A stretch of DNA of 64,000 nt from contig OZ024740.1 of NCBI GenBank assembly GCA_964016885.1, positions 263,810,001 through 263,874,000 of the forward strand. Reading direction: 5' to 3'. Position numbers and translations under genes: made by a program. This document shows, piece by piece, positions 14,597 to 27,871 of the stretch (the stretch's first letter is position 1; the number at the start of each line of letters is the position of its first letter). Origin of the DNA: Eledone cirrhosa. Lineage: Eukaryota. Below the pieces are notes generated by a model that worked only from the letters and a program-made list of their open reading frames with translations, did no database searches and had not been told where the DNA came from.

Positions 14597-15001
14597 GGCT
14601 ACAATAAATAAACGAATGTATAATTAGTAAGATGTTAGTCAGGATTATAAGTTTTACAATGTTTGTGTCTGCAAATATAAATTCATTCTCTTCTAGCATT
14701 TACTAATTTTTTGGCCAGTTATTATATGGTAATTTCAGTGTAAACATATGACATATATTTGTATCATGCTAATACATACGCCGCTGGAATTCTACTGGCC
14801 ATTGAAATATATAGAGTGTCTGCAGAAATAAATACTTTAAAGGAATTTCAACTTTCCGACTTCTTGTCATTTTATTCAATAATATTTAACTCCGTTCACG
14901 CATCACCAACAAAATCTTACACCAAAGATGATTGAGTTATGTCACGTTGTTTGCTTTTCTTACTATTGTATATGATTAACTGTGTGTGTATATACACACA
15001 A

Positions 15002-15042
<41 letters not shown>

Positions 15043-15067
15043 TATACATATATGTATGCATATATGT

Positions 15068-15109
<42 letters not shown>

Positions 15110-15147
15110 ATATGTTCATATCTATACACACACATACCTATGTATAT

Positions 15148-15754
15148 ATATTAATATGTGTAGAAGTAAACACAGTAAACCCATGTCTAAAATTACGAGG
15201 GTAGATTACACCACAAATGTTATATATCATTCAACCTGAATCATATGGGATGTTACAAGATTTCTTACAAGATGTCTCATACATACCATATCGATAACCA
15301 TTTCATCTCCCGGACAGACTAAAGATTTAATATGTTTCGCCCTGAATTGTGTATTTGTATTTCGGCTCTTTATCTGTTGAGCTTATAAAAATGAGTGTAA
15401 ATAGGCTATTACTTCTAGCATAACCATTCGCCCAGCGACTTTCAACGCACGAGGTGTAAACTTTAGTGAGTTTATTGTTATAGGTGTTATGTAACATTTA
15501 GTCTTATCTCCTGCTGACGAAATGCCTACGGATTACTTGTTACAAACACGATTCATTCAGGGCGAAACAGATTAAATCTTTAGTCTGTCCGGGTGATGAA
15601 ATGGTTATTGATATGGTATGTATGAGAAATCTTGTAAGAAATCATGTAACATCCCATATGATTCAGGTTGAATGATATATAACATTTGTGGTGTAATCTA
15701 CCCCCGTAATTTTAGACACTGGTTTACTGTGTTTACTTCTACACATATTAATAT
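15148..15754. mobile_element. Hammerhead-containing fold-back element (200-bp arms, 207-bp spacer)
   Basis: 15148-15347 is the reverse complement of 15555-15754 with scattered mismatches; (TA)n on the left. Confidence 0.88.
15506..15597 (+). ncRNA. Type I hammerhead ribozyme
   Basis: Stem I atctcctg/cgggtgat; CTGACGA 15514-20; stem II gcct/gggc; GAAAC 15564-68; stem III acagattaaa/tttagtctgt; GTC site 15587-89. Confidence 0.8.
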
Positions 15755-16065
15755 TATAATGCTCAGTATTTATACTTTGAGCTTGGTAATAGCAGGGTAT
15801 CTATATGAGTTAATAACTCTATATTTTATTTGTATATATATAGTAATAATAATAAATTTGAAGACTAAAATCCAAAGAGGGCTCGATAAGGATAAATATA
15901 TATCAAATATATAGAGCGAATATTTATTAAAATAACAGATTAAAATTTAAGCAAAGAATCGCTGCTTTCACCCTTAACGGGATCTTCTGAAACTAATTTT
16001 ATATATAGGGCGGTATCCTAGCATGGCGTCAGTCGGATGGCTGGAACAAGTAAAATAGTAAAATA

Positions 16066-16131
<66 letters not shown>

Positions 16132-16174
16132 CTTTTAAATAAATTAGAAGTGTGACACACGAGTTGTGATATAT

Positions 16175-19100
16175 TAGTAAAAAGGAAAAGAAAATGCTGA
16201 TAAGTATTGGTTAGTATTCAATTTTAGTTTTAAATTTTTACCTGTTGCGCATTTCTAATGCTTTTCAAAAATAATTTTGAGATAGAGCGCTCGTGATGTT
16301 TGCTCTAATCTGATCAGTTTTGGAAATTCTTCCTGTTTTATGTGAAAAAAGTGGCTCCAGAGGTATTAAGATTTGGTTGGTTGTTGAATGTCACGTGAAT
16401 AAGTACTATAAATTCGCGCCAATTCGCGTTGCCAAAATTCTTGTAGTCAAACAATTTTGATTGGTCAGTAGAGGTCACGTGAATATTAAAAAATTTGAAT
16501 TTAGCGCGAACTGGTTTGGCGCCAAATGTAGGTTTGTCGAAGAGTGTCCATTTTCGCTTGATTGAGTTGCAGTCATGTTGAGAAGTAACTGAAAAACATG
16601 TCTATTAAGACAAATACTGTGTCTGTGTGTGTACGTCGTGAAGAGGTTCAATGTTGTGATAATGGTCAGTAGGGATGTGTTTGTGAGTTGCAGTCATGTT
16701 GAAAGGTCAACAGTTCAGGTGTCTATTAAGACAGATATGTGTGTGTGTGTGTGTGTAATGTCTGTTTGTATGTTAGTGTACGCTTGTTTATGTTTGTGAG
16801 TATGTGTATGTGTGTGTATATATGTGTGTGTGTGTGTGTGGATGGACCAGTATTTTTGTGATACTGGTAAAAATGGTGTACATTATTCGATATTTTCAGT
16901 CATTTGCAAAAATGGGCCCAGACAAATAAGGAAAAAATCAAAACCATCGATGAAGAGATCCTCCTTGAAATCAACAATAAGACTGAAGGCACCAACATAG
17001 AGAAGATCTCTAAATTATGGAAAGAGGACTGCAACAGCGAAGAGCTGAAATCCCTTCAACGCTGGGAAAAAAAGTGCCGCTTGGTTCCTAAATTATGAAT
17101 CAACTTTTCAAACAGATTACACCTCCAATAACCCGTTCATAAAAATAGGAAAACCCATAACCCAACCGCACAACAACTCGCAAACCTCCCAGCTATTAAC
17201 AAAAGAAGGAAGCACCACACCGAAGATGAACTTCCCAACTTCGCTTCCATAAGAAGGAACGAAAACCCTAGAAATCATCACCCCTAGAATGACATTTACA
17301 ACTTTCCCCCTTCAAGGAGATACCATACCAAATCACTCAACTACTACGCGGATGCCTCATCGTCAAATATAGGGAAAATATACCACTACCATGATAGATG
17401 TAACAACTTCCCCGCCACAAGGGGACAGCAAGGTAATTTCCATTTTCTCAACTCTCGCTTCCACAATACACAACAAACCCACACCTCACAATACAACCAA
17501 CAACGTAGGCCATAACACCACAATCCAACAAGGCATATAGAAACACACATCCATACACGCAATAAAGGAACACCCCATTCAATACACAACCACGAACCCC
17601 AACCACATTTTACAACAAGGAATATAACAAACACAGGAGACCACTTAACATCAGCAGACAATCCCTCTACCTAAACCATTTTTTAGACACACACACATAT
17701 ACAGGCTAACAAAATAACACAAGACTGGCAGGACAAACCGAGAGTAATAAAAATTATCAATCTAACTAGGGCAGAAACAACTCCCAACCTTATCAACTTA
17801 CTGTCCAAAGGTCTTAAATTCCACCCCCACGTCCTAACTACTATGAAATGAAGAAAGACATCACAGACTTCTGTAGAAAGTTACGATTCGGTGAAGAACT
17901 ATTCGACCAGTACAATGAGGATGAATCATTAGCCAGAAATAGAAGCAACTAACAAAAGGTAGAAATAAAATCCTGGACGAATTCTGTGAACACATCACAA
18001 ACTTCCCTTACCAAAACTTGCACAGACAAAAACACAAGCCAAACCTCAACAAGAAAGAATGGGAAGAATTAAATAGATTAAAAACCGACAGAACAATTAC
18101 AATTAAAGAGGCTGATAAAGGGAGTGCAATAGTCCTTATGGAGACAGAATTCTATATCAACTTAGCACTCTCCACTTTGGAAAACGAAGCATACTATGAA
18201 AAGGCTGAACACTACAATCAACAGAAAATTATGAGAAGCCTAAAAATTCTGATCAACCAATACAAAGAAGGACTCACTAACAAGGAATTCAGCTTCATCA
18301 CAGACTTCACAAGTAAATCCAGCCTTTTCTACGGTATCCCTAAAGTAGATAACAGTGAATTAATAAGTAAGACATGCAAGGAAACTACGGACCTTGACAT
18401 CAATGTCCCTAAACCCAATGATCTCAAATTAAGACCTATAATAGCAGGCCCGCTTGCGAAACCCACCGCCTTAACAACTTCATTGATACCCTTCTCAAGC
18501 CTTTTCTCAAACACATCAAAAGCTATACAAGGGACGACCTAGATATGCTCAATCACCTCCCTAATATGCCCCTTACTGAACAAACCTCACTAGTGAGGTT
18601 CGATGTAGTCAACCTATACTCCAACATCCCCCACAACCTAGGAATAGAAGCTATCCAATTCTGGCTGGATAATTACCACAATGAACTCCCACAACGCATC
18701 AAAATAGAATTCATAATAGAAGGACTTCCATTTATCTTGGAGAACAATTACTTCGTTTTCAATAAGAAACCCTACAGGCAGAAATCAGGGACCGCTATGG
18801 GAACAAAAACGGCCCCCACTTATGCCAACCTAGTCATGGGATACCTGGAAATCACCCTCTACACTAAAGTGCTAAACAAATTTGGAAACACTCTACACTT
18901 ACACATAGAAAAGAACTGGAAGAGATATCTCGATGACTGCTTCATCCTTTAGCACGAAAACATCGAGAAACTTAAAGGAGTTACACCCTGATGAATGGAC
19001 TCAACACGAATATTAACTTTACGATGGAATACAGCCATCAACAACTCCGCTTCCTCGACACCCTCATTAAGATTCATAACAAAAAATAGAAACAGACATA

Positions 19101-19590
19101 TACTACAAGCCCACAGACTCCAAGCAATATCTTCCTTTCAATTCTTGCCACCCTAGACACGTTAAAACTAATATTCCCTACAACTTGGCCTAGAGAATCT
19201 GTACTATAGTCTCCAATAAAAACACCTGTTACTTACGGCTACAAGAACTAAAGGACACACTCATAAGCAGGGACTATCCTGCATCACTAATTGACAATGG
19301 AATCCAACGTGCCATAAAACTCAGTACCCAGGACCTTAGAGGCCATAAAGTAAATCAACCGAAACTAAAAACTCTTCCATACATCTCCACACACAACTCC
19401 CTCAGATTAGAGCAAACATCACGAGCGCTCTATCTCAAAATTATTTTTGAAAAGCATTAGAAATGCGCAACCGGTAAAATCTTAAAACTAAAACTGAATA
19501 CTTACCATACTAATTACTAATTTATACTTATTCGTAATTAAACTATTTTTCGGTGGGAAAAATTTTTTCAGCATTTTCCTTTCCTTTTTA

Positions 19591-19595
<5 letters not shown>
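16175..19595 (+). mobile_element. Penelope-like element with inverted pseudo-LTR, in (TA)n
   Basis: RT remnants 16904-19400; 16190-16316 is the inverse of 19402-19510; (TA)n at both ends; no GIY-YIG seen. Confidence 0.85.
16904..19400 (+). pseudogene. PLE reverse transcriptase, disrupted
   Basis: IKEADKGSAIV, FYGIPKV, LRPIIAG, FDVVNLYSNIPH, YRQKSGTAMGTKTAPTYANLVMG, WKRYLDDCF. Confidence 0.9.
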
Positions 19596-19646
<51 letters not shown>

Positions 19647-20267
19647 GAAAATTGAAGCACCTCAAATGTCAATCACAAAAAAGATAGATGGTATGACAGG
19701 CTTTGAATATTACGGTCGACAAGTAAAGCTCAAACTTTACTCTCTCTAACGCCGCCTTGAGCGCTATTTTATCTGCATGATATGGAGAATATTCCTTCAG
19801 CATTACCCAAATGAAGTTGGCACCACCTTTAAATTACCCCCAAGGCTTGGACCCCCCTGCTATCCATCCACAACGAAAATCAAACTCGCATCTCATAACA
19901 ACATTACGGCACAATTATTTCACCTCAATTGGTCCCGCTTTCTTTTATACACAATAAAACAGAAACAGACCACATAAAAATGAAAAATCTTTGGACAAAT
20001 TCTTTTAAGAAATCCCAGTTAAACCTCCTACACCTGGATATGTCTCCCTGAGCAATAACTCTCTACTTGATTGTGCTATGGTGTCCAAATCCTGATTTAA
20101 AAGACTTCGCCACGTGGTGCTGTAAGTTGACAAGACCTGGGCCAATACTGGCTGAAACCTATCAAAGGTAATTTTATCAAAGTATACACACATACACGCA
20201 CGCACACACACACACGCACACACACACGCACACACACAGACACACACACACACACACATATATATAT

Positions 20268-20448
20268 AATTGTTTCTACTATTGGCACAAGGCCAGCAAT
20301 TATCCCAGTCCATTACTGCTACTTTATTTTATCGACCCCGTAAGGATAAAAGGCAAAGTTAACCTCGGCGGGATTTGAACTTAGACCATAAAGGGCCGCA
20401 ACTCTATGCTGGAACGCTTGGCGTCCGACCCTCTAAGGATACTGCAAA
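20268..20448 (-). mobile_element. SINE family A copy
   Basis: Matches 231-413. Confidence 0.85.
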
Positions 20449-20465
20449 TTCACCTATTTATAATG

Positions 20466-20710
20466 ATACAAGGACGATTTGTTATGCCTTCGTTACGCTA
20501 TTTGATTGGTGACGTACGTTTCGCTATTGATCATCTCAAGGGTCGATCTGTATCGATCTGGCCCGACTCTCATCAAAATTTCGTCGGAGTTCTGCTTTTG
20601 ATTCCAGAGTCGGGCCAGATCGATACAGATCGAACTTTGTGCTGATCAATAGCCTAACGCGCGACACCAATCTATAAACGTGATAAAGGCATAATAAATC
20701 ATCCTTGTAT
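20466..20710. mobile_element. Fold-back element (about 105-bp arms) with hammerhead 3' half
   Basis: 20466-20570 is the inverse of 20606-20710; minus strand reads GAAACGTACGTC at 20511-22; related single arms at about 38040-38135 and 53440-53545. Confidence 0.8.
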
Positions 20711-20778
20711 TTTTAACTTTAGGCTCTGTCTAGCTCTACACCTCGCTACAAACGTGAATCTAAACATAGAATGCTCAA

Positions 20779-20815
20779 TTGGGTGAACCTACATTATATT
20801 CACGTTGCACACCCT

Positions 20816-20913
<98 letters not shown>

Positions 20914-20957
20914 CATATCCAGGGTGTGTAACCTGAATATAATGTAGGTTTACCCAT
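20779..20957. repeat. Inverted repeat (about 42 bp) centred on a (TA)n tract
   Basis: gggtgaacctacattatattcacgttgcacaccctggata versus tatccagggtgtgtaacctgaatataatgtaggtttaccc. Confidence 0.85.
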
Positions 20958-20989
20958 CATATATATATATATTTATATATCCTAGTAGG

Positions 20990-22672
20990 GTCCTAAAATT
21001 GTCTAGCCATGTCCTATTCCTATCCTCTGGCCCTGTTCCCTGGATCTGACTGGAACACCTTCTCTTCCTCCCTGTGATCTCGTTGATGAACATCCAGACC
21101 TGTCGACCGCTCTCTCCACACTTCTGATCTTCTCTATCAGTGCCTCCGCTCTGGCCTCAGTGTAAGCGGTACATAGTTCTTCCCTCATGAACTCCACAGT
21201 CTCCATCCTCTCCTCCGTAGGATCAGCATATAATTGGTCCTTGGCAGCTTTCAGGTGTTCTCTGGCTGCACACACTTTTGGGTCTGCAGAGCTGACGTGC
21301 TTTCTTTTGTTCTTTCTCCTCGGCACTAGGGTCTCACTTGCTTCCGCCACTGCATTGGTGAAGTGCCCGTACATCCTCGTCACACTCTCCTCCGTCCATC
21401 CAATCTCTCTGTCCTCTGTCTCTCCACACATAGCACTGAACCTGTTCCTCACTTCCACTGTGAACCTCTTCTGTAGCCTATCATCTTCATTGAAAGCTCC
21501 CCAGTCATAGATTGCCCTCCGGGACTGAGCGTTGCTCTTTCTTAACCTCACCCGGACCTCATTCATAACAAGCCGGTGGTCACTATCCAGTGTACTGAAA
21601 TAGTTGTATGGATCTGTGTTCAGAACAATATTCCGCCACATTTTTCTTCACCAGAATGAAATTAATCTGGGACTTGGACCGGGGCATATCTGAGATGTAG
21701 GTTCACATCTTCCCCGGAATCTTCCTAAACCTTAGGTTGGTCGCTATCAAGTTCACATCCAGCAGGGTGTCTCTCAGTAGTCTCCCATTTCGGTTGGTTT
21801 TGTTATGGAAGTACCAGCAAGGATCATCACTGCCTTCCTTACACAGATGTGCATTCAAGTCCCCCAAAAGAAGCAGGATGTTGTGTGCTTGTGTGGTGTT
21901 GACAGCTCTACACACCTCCTCATGGAAGTCTTCCGCACTCACATCACTGTCTCTCTCCGGTGGACTATAGGCTGAGATTACTGTCAGTCTTGGGTTTCCA
22001 TTGAATGTCACCCTCAACACTCGCGGGGAGACAGGTATTATTTCCCTCATCAATAGACTGGTTTTTGTGCTGAAAACATAACCCACTACTCCCACTGCAG
22101 CATTGGTCATGGTCCTCACTGCCGATGTGGTGATGAGCTGGCTCATCTTCCCAATCATCACACTCCTCACGGGCTCATCTTGTAGGATCCTGTGTTCCTG
22201 GATCGCAAGTATCTGTATGCCACTCTCCTCGAACAGATGTCCCAAATCCTCTCTCTTCTCCAGCGTCCGAATAGTCCTCACATTCAAAGTGCCCATTTTG
22301 ATGGCTCTTCTGCAGGACAAAACTACATTCTTTATATTTGTCTCGGAGACAGCTGATCCAACATCCACTGGCCCTCCATGTGGCTCTAAACCAGCAGAGT
22401 CATAACGGCCAGACTGCTCCTTGACAGTGTAATTAGGGGCTCTAACCCTAGTGCTGTTAGATAGATTCTCCAAATTTCTTTTCAATGGCTGACAATACCT
22501 TAGAGTTGCCACTCGAACGAGGTAGTTATTTAACCCATAAATGGGGCCCTAACAGGTACTACTACTCCAAGCCAGAGCAAACCTGGGCGTTATGACAACT
22601 AAGGGGTAACTCCACATTCTCCACAGCCCCTGAACTCCCGAACGGGAGCCTTGCCACTGGATGTAGTTTAAT
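20990..22672 (-). mobile_element. RTE-clade LINE 5' portion (5' UTR + APE endonuclease)
   Basis: MGTLNVRT, ILAIQEHR, ISAYSP, LLLGDLNA, NRNG, SDHRLV motifs in ORFs 21703-22512 and 21003-21641. Confidence 0.85.
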
Positions 22673-22744
22673 TTTTATAAAGACCTGAAGATCCGCCTCT
22701 TCATTGGTGTAGTGGAGTCTGGGCTGCTGTACGCGTCTGAGACT

Positions 22745-24765
22745 TGGACGCGTTCCTTAAAAGATTGCGTTGGCGTGCCTTTTATTTCGATAATCAGGAA
22801 AAAGAGGATAATAAAGAGGATAAATTCGGGTTTAAAACTTATGATAACCCTCCGAGTAACCCAGCATTGCTACGCTTCGAAAACGATGTCTTGGAACTCA
22901 TACGGAGTATCACATTTCGGAATAGGAGCAATTCCTTCCAACAGGACCTGAAGAATATAATTCGTTCTATTAAGGATTATAATGCCGAGCACGTCCACTC
23001 CGATAAAACTGGCAATTTATATCAAATGGAGCGCAAGACTTACCATCAACTGTTACATAATGCTGTAACTAAGGATTACAGGGAAACTAATCAGAGTGTC
23101 ATTAATGACATCAACGATGCTGGGTTTAAAATCACCTCTGAATTTAACATCCAGGACCACTGAACCTCTGGACCTTTTCATCCGACTTTACCCTGAAGGA
23201 TCACAAACCCAATTTCGCCAACAACCCCTTCTATTCGGCTTATTAACCCTAGGAAGTCCGATTTAGGTTGACTTAGTAAAAGGATTTTAGTTAGAATTAT
23301 ACCTGAAATTAGAAGCTTGGCCCCTCTTGCACTGTGGAACAATTCTTTCGCGGTAATTGATTGGTTCAATGGCATATGCAACAAGGAACATTGCCATTTT
23401 ATCCAATTTGACATCAACATCTTCTACTCCTCCATCACTTTACCACTTCTTCTTAGAGCTATCAATTTCGCTAAAATGCTCACGGTGGTTAAGGATTTCG
23501 AAGTTGATGTCATCCTCAATGCCCGTAAGTCAGTGAGTAATTTCGACGACTCTATTTGGATAAAAAAATCTAATAGTACCCAATTCGACGTCAGTATAGG
23601 CGCCAGCGATTCGGCGGAGGTTACTGTTCTTATCGGCCTTCTCCTTCTTTTCTCTATCAAGGAAGAATTCCACATGTGGGCGGTGGATTTTACCGTGATT
23701 TGACCATGATAAAGTGCGGTCCACGCGCTTGCGACAGGTTCAGGAAAGAACTCGCAACCTTCTTTAAAGGTTTCAGCCTCTCCATACAGGTTGAGACAAA
23801 ACTCTTGGTCGTTAATTACCTCGACGTTACCCTCAATTTGTCGAATGGCTTGCACTACCCGTATAGAAAGCCGAATGATGCGCGTAATTACATAAGTAAG
23901 CATTCTAACCTTCCTGCCAGAATAACCAAGAACATGGTAAGAAACTTTTCTTTGTATCTACAAACGAGCATATTTTCAACGACCATTCCACATATTACAA
24001 CGAAGCTCTTGCTCGGAGTGGATTTGTCGATAAGGTAACATATACTAAGTATGAGCATAGACCGAGGAAAAATAGATCCCGATGCATTATATGGTATAAC
24101 TCACCATATAATATGGAGGTGGCCACACCATTAGCTAAGATTTTTCTCTCCCTTATCAAGAAGCATTTCCCATTAGCGCATAAATATAATAAAATCTTAA
24201 ATAGAAATACCATTAAAATGTCTTACTCTACGACTCCTAACCTTGCACATAACATCACTGCTTCAAATTTAGCTAAATTACCTAGCCGTAGGAACACGTG
24301 CAACCCTGTAGTTAGTACTAACTGTAATTGTAGGAATCGGGTTGACTGCCCTCTATCCGGTAACATTGCCTATCCAGTAACATTGTCTACAAATGTAAGA
24401 TCGAAACACCCACGTCCCGAAGGGCGTACATAGGGTTAACCGCCAATAGATTCAAGAGGCGTCTTTACATGCACATCCATTCTTTTCTTAACCCTTTAAG
24501 AAGGAATATGACGTCACTTTCAGCTTATATATGGAGTCTAAAAGACAACCACACTCAATATAATTTACACTGGGAGATCCTAGCTAAAGCTAGATCGTAT
24601 AGCGGAAATAAAAGACCATGCAGTCTTTGCGCCGCTGAAGCCCTGAAAATACTCTACGTCAATGACCATATCTTAAACAAAAAATCCGAGACAATTTCGA
24701 CTTGTAAACACAAATTGCATAAAACCTTCCTGTATTACAGCCCAACATTATACCCTAACGGATAG
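22745..24765 (+). pseudogene. PLE ORF (RT + GIY-YIG), disrupted; possibly Hydra-clade
   Basis: FLKRLRWRAF, DKTGNLY, LKDHKPNF..RLINPRKSDLG, FIQFDI..FYSSI, FDVSIGASDSAEV, GFYRD, CNCRNRVDCPL..IVYKC..YIGLT..FKRR..H, CSLC; clade assignment is from memory of motifs. Confidence 0.88.
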
Positions 24766-25341
24766 TACGAACAATACGCGGATAATTTACGTCTTGATGT
24801 GTTAGCTAAGTATATTTTATGTTTATACTATTACTTATTTGTATAGGTATGTATACCTTACCCGTATGTTTTCTGAAGGTACGTATACATTCACGAACAT
24901 ATATTTGCTTGTATTTGTTATAGGTGTATATATTATATTATATATAATGGTACATGTGTATATGGTTATGTGTATATGTGTATTCTGTGTGTGTGTGTGT
25001 GTGTGTGTGTGTATGCGTGTTTGCACGTATGTACGGTGTGTATATGTGTACTTTGTGTTTTGGTTGACGTAGTGTAGTGAATATATGTGTATTTACCTGT
25101 AGGTATGTGTGTGCATGCGTTATATACGTATTTATGTGTGTATATATATATACTTTTATATAATTATATGTATATATACACACACATATATATATATATT
25201 TATGTGTATTTGTGGGAGTACAGGTGTCAGGCCGGTTTATGTATGTGTGCGCGTGTTTATGTGTAGGTGCTTGTATATGCATGCATGGCGAGTGTTTTCG
25301 CGTGTGCATGTATATGTACGTATATGGATGCGTGTAATGTA

Positions 25342-25829
25342 TCTAAACTATAATAAAGTAAGGAGCGCGGGACTGCGTACGGTTTATAATCTTGTATCCC
25401 ATTAGATAAAAATAAGTTGCATTTCTTTGAATAAACAATGAATGATTATTACATAATTTATCTACTACATTTCGTGGCTTTTGATTAAATATATATTGTT
25501 GATTTAAAGATTCACTTCTTTAACATTGCTGAAATGTCAACACTTCCGGTTGGCCGTCACTTAAGTAAACATACTAATTTCCTGTCACTAATTTTTTCCT
25601 AATACAGTGTATATATATCGTCTTTTTTAATGTATCATGGATTACGTTACTGATTAAATAAGACAGTGTAATGCAGTCTTCGTTCAATTTCTATGTATTA
25701 TATATTGTCAATTACGATTTTATTTTATGTATCATATCTACATGCATATATAACTACCTGCGTATAATATCAATATTAGCATACTCCAAATGCTAGCAGA
25801 AAACCACCCGACGGTGGTTTTTCTCCTAG
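25342..25829 (+). mobile_element. Non-autonomous Helitron
   Basis: A|TCTAAACTATAATAAA start; 3' hairpin aaaaccacc-cgac-ggtggtttt, then CTAG|T; inserted between A and T. Confidence 0.75.
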
Positions 25830-26013
25830 TATATTTAATTTTTGTTGATTTCAATAACCTCTGTATTTTCGTCCTACTAATTTATTTACATTATTCTTAA
25901 CTCTGAAGGCGAGAATCATTCGGTTTCCTAAACAAAATGTTAGTCTACGACTTCATTTATATCATAAACGTGGTTTTCTTTTTGCGTGTAATTATTCTCA
26001 TCACTCCACATAC

Positions 26014-26195
26014 TTGTTTCTCCTTTTGGCATAAAGCCAGCAATTAGCCAGTGTATTACTGGTAATTTATTTTATCGACCCCATAAGGATGAAAGGCAAA
26101 GTTAACCTCGGCGGGATTTGAACTCAGAATGGCAAAGGCCGTAACTCTATACGTCAAAGCATGGCGTTCGTACCTCTACCGATACTGCCAATCCA
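26014..26195 (-). mobile_element. SINE family A copy
   Basis: Matches 231-413. Confidence 0.85.
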
Positions 26196-26434
26196 TCGCT
26201 CCACAAAATGACGTATTATCTCCGCCTTTTTCCGTTCATTGCCAGGGAACGTCTTAACGAACCAAAGTATCGTCTTCCTGTGTTCCTTTGATTGCAACGT
26301 TTTTCGAAATATTTACTTCTGCGTTCACAGATTAATTATCTTAGCTTCAGAAGATCCCGTTAAGGGTGAAAACAGTGATTCCTTGCTTAAATTTTAATCT
26401 GTTATTTTAATAAATAAAATAAATAAATAAATAA

Positions 26435-26475
<41 letters not shown>

Positions 26476-26481
<6 letters not shown>

Positions 26482-26807
26482 AAAGAAAACCAAAACTATA
26501 GTGATGCATCTGGACTTAGTTTATTTCGTGTTACAAATGTTTCGCCGGCATGTAGCTCGAGTCATGGTCCTTGTATGGATCTGTCTGATTCTACTATGCG
26601 GGTTCTTTGAGGGTGTTGTTTTGATGATAACACACCAGTGATAAAATTTGCTCCGGACATAACACCCGTGTCTGAAAGAACCCGCAGAAGTAGAATCAGC
26701 CAGATCCATACAAGGACCATGGCTCGAGCTACATGCCGGCGAAATATTTGTAACACGAAATAAACTAAGTCCAGTTGCATCACTGATTTTTCGTTTAATT
26801 TACAATA
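26476..26807. mobile_element. Hammerhead-containing fold-back element (about 133-bp arms)
   Basis: 26476-26608 is the inverse of 26675-26807; abuts (TA)n. Confidence 0.88.
26667..26757 (+). ncRNA. Type I hammerhead-like motif (core has one extra A)
   Basis: Stem I cgtgt/acacg; CTGAAAGA 26672-79; GAAA 26741-44 (GAAACATTTGTA in the mirrored arm); GTA site 26750-52. Confidence 0.6.
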
Positions 26808-26896
26808 TCTACACTCTACTCTGATGAATATCGAGTGCTAATTTTAGCATACCGCCTACGGAAGCACCATAGCTACCATTATGCACAAATATATAT

Positions 26897-27561
26897 ATAT
26901 TGTTATACTTTGGCAGGGTCATGTTGCCAATAAGAAACACAGGCACCATTTGCTTTCACTCCAATTTATTATAAAGTAAATTATAAATTTAAAAATTTAT
27001 AAATTACCAGTTGTTTGGTTGGTTTCACAACCGGACGGTTGTTCATATATTTTCAAAGTTCTTTCGTCACATATTCTGTGACTTCTTCAGTGACTGAGGG
27101 TTATTTACTTTGTTTTGTGCCTCTCCTTTGTTCTGTCCTACGCCAGCTTGTTTTTGTGTATGTTATGTGCTTAGTTTGCGCATGTGTTATATCCGGGTGT
27201 ATGTGTGTGTTTTTATTTGATTATTTATTTGTTTATTTACAAATAAAAACACACACAGACACCCGGATATAACACATGCGCAAACTAAGCACACAACACA
27301 CACAAAAACAAGATGGCGTACGACAGAACAAAGGAGAGGCACAAAACAAAGAAAATAATCTCCAGTCATTGAAGAGGTCACATAATGTGTGACGAAAGAA
27401 CTTTGACACTATATGAACAACCGTCCGGTTGTGGACCGAACCAACCAATTGGAAATTTATAAATTTTTCAATTTATAATTTAATTGATAATACATTTGAG
27501 GAAAGCAACTGGTGCGTGTGTTTCTTATTGGCAACATGACCCTCCCAAAGTATAACAATAT
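26897..27561. mobile_element. Hammerhead-containing fold-back element (about 320-bp diverged arms)
   Basis: Arms inverted about a centre at about 27220-27240; 3'-end fragment of the same family at about 50290-50360. Confidence 0.88.
27052..27094 (-). ncRNA. Minimal hammerhead motif (mirror copy 27365-27407, +)
   Basis: gtca-CTGAAGA-a-GTCACA gaata TGTGAC-GAAAG aa CTT-tga(c). Confidence 0.65.
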
Positions 27562-27646
27562 CGGTTTCAACAAGCGTTTCCAGATAAAGAATCTTGCTAA
27601 ACAAATTCAGAAACGAAATAAATCTCTCTCTCTATATATATATAAA

Positions 27647-27717
<71 letters not shown>

Positions 27718-27808
27718 ATAAGTAGCTAAATTCATGTATGTATTTTTGCCTGCATGTATGCACATATGCGTACATATATGTATACACACACACACACACA
27801 TATATATA

Positions 27809-27867
<59 letters not shown>

Positions 27868-27871
<4 letters not shown>

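Larger units (their letters stand above)
22745..26415 (+). mobile_element. Penelope-like element (RT + C-terminal GIY-YIG), interrupted by a Helitron and a SINE
   Basis: ORF remnants to 24765; the 3' region matches the inverse copy at 35222-36355 on both sides of the Helitron; ends in (TAAA)n/(TA)n. Confidence 0.82.

Noticed and set aside
23161-23275. In-frame TGA codons as selenocysteine (Naiad-type PLE)
   Set aside because: They are accompanied by frameshifts, one fits CGA-to-TGA decay, and the endonuclease is C-terminal.
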